NCBI GenBank assembly: GCA_964016885.1
Contig: OZ024743.1
Location: 25,110,001 to 25,174,000, forward strand
DNA length: 64,000 nucleotides
Origin: Eledone cirrhosa
Taxonomy: Eukaryota
Reading direction: 5' to 3'
Each line of letters starts with the position of its first letter. Within the stretch, counting starts at the first letter, position 1. Shown here in pieces: positions 57,282-64,000 of the stretch. Under the pieces are notes generated by a model, which worked only from the letters and a program-made list of their open reading frames with translations, had not been told where the DNA came from and ran no database searches. A program made the position numbers and the translations under genes.

Positions 57282-58340
57282 AAGACCGAGAAAACTGGGC
57301 GCCTGGCACACTGAGTGTGCCCAGGCGCTCACCGTCCTCTGGCAGGCGGATCCGGTTATCAGTGGAGACTCCACCGCAACATTCTATAGAGGGCTGGTAC
57401 GCAGCAGGTGCGACGACGCCCTCGGAGAAGCCCTAGACATGGAGGAGGACGAACTGGCCGGCCTGTTCGGTAGGACATTCAGCCCGGGACCTATGGACAA
57501 CTTCCAGAAGTCCCTGGCCTGGCAGTGCTACCGAGGAGCTTTACCCGTTCGAGAAAGGCTCTACAGACACGAGCGCCCGGGTAGGGACCCCGCCAAAAAG
57601 ATCTGTCCCAGATGCGTGTGCGACGAGGAAACCGTTGCACACGCATTGGTACACTGCTCGGGCGTAGCCGATCTGTGGGGCTATGTCGAACAACTGCTGT
57701 CAAGGGTGGGACCGATCCGGTTGACCACCAAGTCTATTGTAATGATCAAGCCGCCTCCCCCCTTCAAAGATGAAGCAGAGGCGGTGTTTCTGTGCGTAAT
57801 AGCCATGGCGAAAGAGGTTGTATGGTGGACGCGTCTGAAAGGACTGAGGTCAGGCACCTTTCTCTCTGGCCAACAACTGGTCCGTTTCTTCCGATATCAT
57901 TTCGGAAGAAGGATCAGGATGGAGAGAGAGGTGCTGCACCCCAGTCGTTTTTATGAAAGGTGGGTGAAAGTGGCGAGAATGGCCCGTGTGAATGGGCCTT
58001 CTCTTTACATGAGCCTGTAGGTGGAAAAGAGGAAGGAACGAGGGACCACCCCCTCTCTGTGCTCCTGAGGAAAAGGGTTGCACACTTTTTTCGGGGGTGT
58101 GTGCGACCCCCCAAGGCGCCTCCTCTCTATTGAGGATTTTGTTATAAATTTTATTTTTTGTTATATTTTATAACAAAATCCTCTATTGAGGATTTTGTTA
58201 TAATTCTATTTTTTGTTATATTTTATTTTATTTTTATATATTGTTATTGCCTCCTCCCTATTGAGGACGCTTTGTTTTGTAAACTCCCCCCATTGTACTT
58301 GTCCCACTTTTGATGCCCTTGTGGCAAATAAAAGAAACAT
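57281..58340 (+). mobile_element. 5'-truncated Tx1/L1-like LINE (zf-RVT C-terminus) in (CTAT)n
   Basis: ORF 57439-58020 contains WQCYRGALPVRERL..CPRC....ETVAHALVHC......W. 3'UTR with AATAAA; (CTAT)n on both sides. Confidence 0.88.
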
Positions 58341-58372
58341 ATCTATCTATCTATCTATCTATCTATCCATCC

Positions 58373-58419
<47 letters not shown>

Positions 58420-58927
58420 AAACCGCCAGACTCTTTCAAAAACGAAAGAGAGGCGGTTTTCCTCTGTACGGTGGCTATGGTGAAAGAAGTTATATGGTGG
58501 ACGAGGTTGAGAGGACTGAGGACAGATGCCTTTCTCTCCGGACAACAATTGATTCCCTTCTTTAAGTATCACTTTAGAAGGAGAATCAGGGTGGAGAGAG
58601 AGGCACTGCACCCCAGTAAATTTACTGAAAGGTGGGTGAATGAAGCGAAAATGGCCCGAGTGATTGGGCCTTCTCTGTTTATAAGCCTGTAGGTTGAGGA
58701 AGAGAGCAAAAGGAAGAAAGGAGCACTTGCACAACACGCTCCTCGAGTTGAGGGTTGTTCTATCGACGGGGTATTAAACAACCCATTTGTGGGGCCTCCC
58801 CCCTATTGGGGATTTCGATTGTTGAAATTGTTTGTTTTTATATTTTTTACACGACTGTATGTAAAATCCCCGGCATGTCTTTGTATTGTCCCCTTTCTTG
58901 TTGCGCCCTTGTGGCTAATAAAGAAAT
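58420..58927 (+). mobile_element. Second tandem 5'-truncated Tx1/L1-like copy in (CTAT)n
   Basis: Encodes KPPDSFKNEREAVFLCTVAMVKEVIWWTRL...GPSLFISL*. Confidence 0.88.
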
Positions 58928-59561
58928 CTATCTATCTATCTGTCTATCTATCTATATGTCTATCTATCTATCTGTCTATCTATATGTCTATCTATCTAAT
59001 TATCTATCGCTATATATTATCGCTATATATTTATCTATCTATCAACCTACAATTTTCACTCTCCTTTTATCTCTCTCCACACACACACACTCACTTAGAG
59101 AAGCGCAATTATGGCTGTGTTGTTAAAGATTTTGTGTCTCCGGTTCAGTCACATTAAGTAGCAGCATGGGCAAGTGTCTTCTAAAAGCTATACTCCAGTG
59201 TGACTGCAATAAAATGATTGCGACCAGTAAAAGAATATGACTATCTGTGTGTAAATCATGTATGCATGTCTGGTTTTACTATTTTATAAATTTTGTGAGT
59301 GTGTATGTATATATATATATATATACATTCATAGACACACACATATACGCATATATGTATATATAGTGACAGAAGCACTAAGACACCATTTAAGTATAAT
59401 AGGGGCGTATAAGAAAACATATAAGTAGGGAGTTTATCCAGTATTACTTGGAGAAATCTGTCTAAAGACATTCTCAATTTTATGGGACCTGTTTCTGTTT
59501 TTATGCGCTTTGACCTGTTATTAAAGAGAGCGGAACTAGTTGAGGTGAAATGATTGTACCG

Positions 59562-59758
59562 TAATGTTGATATGATATAGGAGATTGACTTTTGTTGTGG
59601 GCAAATAGCACGGGGCCCAATCGTTAGGCGTATTTTAAGGATGATGTCAGCATCATTTGGGCAATGATGCTGACATCATCTTTAAAATGCGCCTAAAGAT
59701 TGGGCCCGGTGCTATTCGCCCACAACAAAAGTCAAGCTCCTATATCATATCAACATTA
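59562..59758. mobile_element. Fold-back element with diverged arms
   Basis: Arms of about 95 bp with several mismatches and a short loop. Confidence 0.8.
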
Positions 59759-59775
59759 TATATAGAAACAATTAT

Positions 59776-59953
59776 TTGGCAGTATCGGTAGAGGGTCGGG
59801 CGCCATACTTTGACGCATAGAGTTACGGCCCTTACCATTCTGAGTTCAAATCCCGCCGAGGTTAACTTTGCCTTTCATCCTTACGGGGTCGATAAAATAA
59901 AGTACCAGTAATACACTGGGTAATTGGTGGCCTTGTGTCAAAGTAGAAACAAT

Positions 59954-59955
<2 letters not shown>
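59776..59955 (+). mobile_element. tRNA-derived SINE
   Basis: A and B boxes, core and tail. A tagaaacaattat copy precedes it. Confidence 0.9.
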
Positions 59956-59992
<37 letters not shown>

Positions 59993-60271
59993 CTGTGTGT
60001 GTGCGTGTGTGCGTGTGTGTGTATACGTATATATATATATATACACACATATATACCAAATATATTATCTATATACATATATGTAGGTGTACTGACGGTT
60101 ACAGTTCGGTTACGACTCTTAATTTAATTGTTGGACAATTTTTTTTCTTCTTTCCTGTAACTCCTTGTGGCTTTTCCTGGACATTTTAAGCCTGGCGAAG
60201 CCCATCCCACTCCAGGCCTGACTAAAGCAGGTTGCTTCCAGAGAAGGATAAAATTGTGTGTGTGTGTGTGC

Positions 60272-60318
<47 letters not shown>

Positions 60319-60344
60319 TGTGAAAGAGATATAGAGGAAGGATC

Positions 60345-60500
60345 GACATCAGTACTGGGTCTGGTACTTTTTTTTATCGACTTCTAAAGGACGAAAGGCA
60401 AAGTTGACCTTAGTGGGATTTGAACTCAGCGAGCAAAGAGACGGAACGAATGCCACAAACTATTCTGTCCGACGTTCGAAAGACTCAGGCAATTCACGAC
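60345..60500 (-). mobile_element. Diverged tRNA-SINE
   Basis: ctggtac..tttatcga..gaaaggcaaagttgacct..gggatttgaactcag. Confidence 0.75.
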
Positions 60501-60650
60501 CTTATTGCTAAATACAGATCGATAAAATGTATGCGAGCCTGGAAAATATGTATTGTGATCGATTTGGTCAACTCAATCCGTATTATGCACTACCCCGGCG
60601 TGACCTTAGTCTAATGACTCAAACCCCTAGAAGAGTAATTGAAAGACAGA

Positions 60651-61205
<555 letters not shown>

Positions 61206-61671
61206 CAATAGTGGCCGAATTGATTGAAGTATTTATTCACACGGTACTTGATTAACCGAAAGTATTCCTTTCTTACCCTGTTTCAGCTCCCGCCCTCCCT
61301 TATGTTCAAATTCAAGGGTTTACTTTCTCATCAATTCATTTTCTCACTGCCTTATTCACCTCTCGACCACTCTACCTACACCTTACCATTCAATAGTGAG
61401 GGTTATCTTAGGGCGTGGTTGTTCAATTGTTACGTCATTCTCATTGTAATTATTGTTGCTGAGGGGGTTTAATATATTTTCCTTTCGTTGCTTTTCTCGT
61501 TGCTTTTCATGTTTACAGACTCTTGTCACAGCTGACTTGTCTTTGGTGCTTACTTAGCATGTCAGTCTATTTTAAAATGTCATTATACACATACAGATAC
61601 TCTCATACACACATACAAACACCCCTGTACACAAACATGTATATATATATGTACACACATATATATATATG

Positions 61672-61748
<77 letters not shown>

Positions 61749-61791
61749 ATATACAGGCATATAGATATGTATGTATATATACATACATATA

Positions 61792-61859
<68 letters not shown>

Positions 61860-62214
61860 GTGTGTGTGTATGTGTGTTCATGTGTATATATAAGTATATA
61901 TACAACATATATACGTGTATATTTATGCATACACACATAGATATAAGCATCGAAACTAGAGTGAGCAATAAAGAAATTAAGATGAGAGGGTATGAGTGTG
62001 TGTGAGTTTTTTGTGTATTCTAGTATGAAAGAGTATGTGCTATGTATGTGTTTCTGTATACGTATCTGTGCGTACATTTTAGAAGCAGGTGTTTATTACA
62101 GTAAAAATGGGATGACTATTAGTAATTCGAATGTGTTCAGGGTGCATTCAGGTCATCAGGTTTTAACATGACAATGGCGGAAGTAAGCACAATATGCTGA
62201 TGAGAATTATAATG

Positions 62215-62615
62215 ATTTCTAATATAGGCACAAGGTCACAAACACATAGTGGGGGAGGGGGTAAATGGTCTTCAGTACTTGACAGGTTTTATTTTATTGA
62301 CCCCGGGTGGACGAATGGCCAGGTTGAATTTAGGAAGATGTGAACTGAAAATGTGAAGATCGGAAGCAAACACCGCAAGTCAATGTGTCCAGTATTCTAA
62401 TGAATCTTCCAATTTTTTGACATAGCACAAGTTCTCACATTTTAGGTGGGATTTAAACTGGGAAAATGGACACAACTAAATACAGCAAGTCATTCTATCT
62501 TGTATGAATGTTTGGGAAGGGATCAGTCGATTAAATCAATATTAATACTTGATGAGTGAATTATTTTTCGGAAACGGAAGGATGAAAGGCACAATTGACC
62601 TCGACAAGATTTACG
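62215..62615 (-). mobile_element. Old diverged SINE copies
   Basis: Degenerate cores (ggcacaagg, ttattgacccc, ggatgaaaggcacaattgacctcg). Confidence 0.55.
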
Positions 62616-63236
62616 GGAAAATGATGATGAGTGAAGTTGAACATGATGGAGGTGAAGTGTGTAGTTGTTGGCGAGAAAGTGTGCGAAGGATTCGGGACTG
62701 ATTTAGACGTCCAAGAAGTTACATTCATGCTACTTCATCTACACCCAACAACTCTATAATGTCACCCCACTCACCAGAGACACACGTGCACATGCGTATA
62801 GTTGATCATATACGATATGTAGCGTTCAATAACAACATAAATAACACTGTTATATATCAAACTAAAAGCAAAGTTAACAAGAATTGCTCATGCTGGTAGT
62901 CTTATTTAAATTGATGTCAGATCTGATCTTTAATTCAAGGTCTTCCAACCATGACTATCATGACGTTTATTTTTAGGCTTATGTCCAATGTGTTCTTCCT
63001 TTGTTTAAATATGTGTTCGCTGATTATCTTTTACAGGTCGGATTACAATACTGAGCAGACATTTTAACGCCACTCAGCCACGGCACACTTTTGTGGTTTG
63101 CAAGTGTGATGCGAAAGTTTGAAGCTAGTTGTAAAATAGTAGGATACTTAGGAGACTTCAGTGATTTGATGCATCTTACTGCTGCGAATCTGTATATTTG
63201 CGTGTGCGCTCTGTTTTAAAATAATATTAAAAGAGT

Positions 63237-63311
<75 letters not shown>

Positions 63312-63314
<3 letters not shown>

Positions 63315-63609
63315 AAAAATGGAGTGCTGCGTGGTTGCACATGGGTTACATATGAATAAAATTAGTCCTTCATCAGTGATCTTCCAACCTTCATTGGTAT
63401 ATCATCGCTTTAAAAATCATATACCTCTGGTTGGTGCGAGCAATAACTAAATAAAGCCATTGGGACAAGTAAAATAGGGTGAAGCGAGCGAGACATGTAA
63501 ACAAACAAAGATGGTATTGCTTTACCAACCAGAGGTATATGATTTTCAAAGCGATGAAATACCAATGAAGGTTGGAAGATCACTGATGAAGGACTAATTT
63601 TATTCATAT
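63312..63609. mobile_element. Fold-back element (inverted repeat 63350-63609) between (TA)n tracts
   Basis: Arms of about 87 bp. They contain CTGATGAAGGAC but no downstream GAAA half. Confidence 0.85.
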
Positions 63610-63794
63610 ATATATATATATATATATGATATATATTTATCCTTATCGAGCCCTCTTTGGATTTTAGTCTTCAAATTTATTATTATTACTATTATTATTA
63701 CTATTATTATTACTATTATTATTATTATTATTACTATATATGTAATTTATGTCTTTAAGAATTTAAGAAGGTTTATTTACAATAACTTATAACT

Positions 63795-63911
<117 letters not shown>

Positions 63912-63955
63912 CATATATACGTTTATAGAGTTATCTGTCTCTAATACATACTTAC

Positions 63956-63986
<31 letters not shown>

Positions 63987-64000
63987 AAATTTTAAGAAAC

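Noticed and set aside
59640-59710. Possible SECIS element (AUGA...AAA) in fold-backs at 59660 and 63553
   Set aside because: Helix spacing and the GA quartet do not fit, and there is no upstream ORF.

Overview
AT-rich, microsatellite-dense, gene-free animal genomic DNA, most likely a cephalopod such as Octopus (inferred from a Nin/Deu-domain tRNA-SINE and the (TA)n/(CA)n density). I found no host protein-coding exon, and nearly all ORFs in the track are microsatellite artefacts. Recognisable elements are a 7.2 kb three-phase TG-rich satellite, a disrupted R4/Dong LINE in (TAA)n, four 5'-truncated Tx1/L1-like LINE ends in (CTAT)n, RTE-derived non-autonomous elements (one with an HDV-like ribozyme candidate), many tRNA-SINEs and Tc1/mariner MITE relics. 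The main hidden signal is about 17 type-I hammerhead ribozyme (HHR) motifs of the minimal Penelope-like kind, from many unrelated short ORF-less elements. Most of these elements abut (TA)n tracts and many form fold-back inverted repeats. Several HHRs are unusual: one has a 104-nt helix II, and others have CCGACGA, CAGGAGG or UUGAAAA cores. All folds were derived by eye and are untested.
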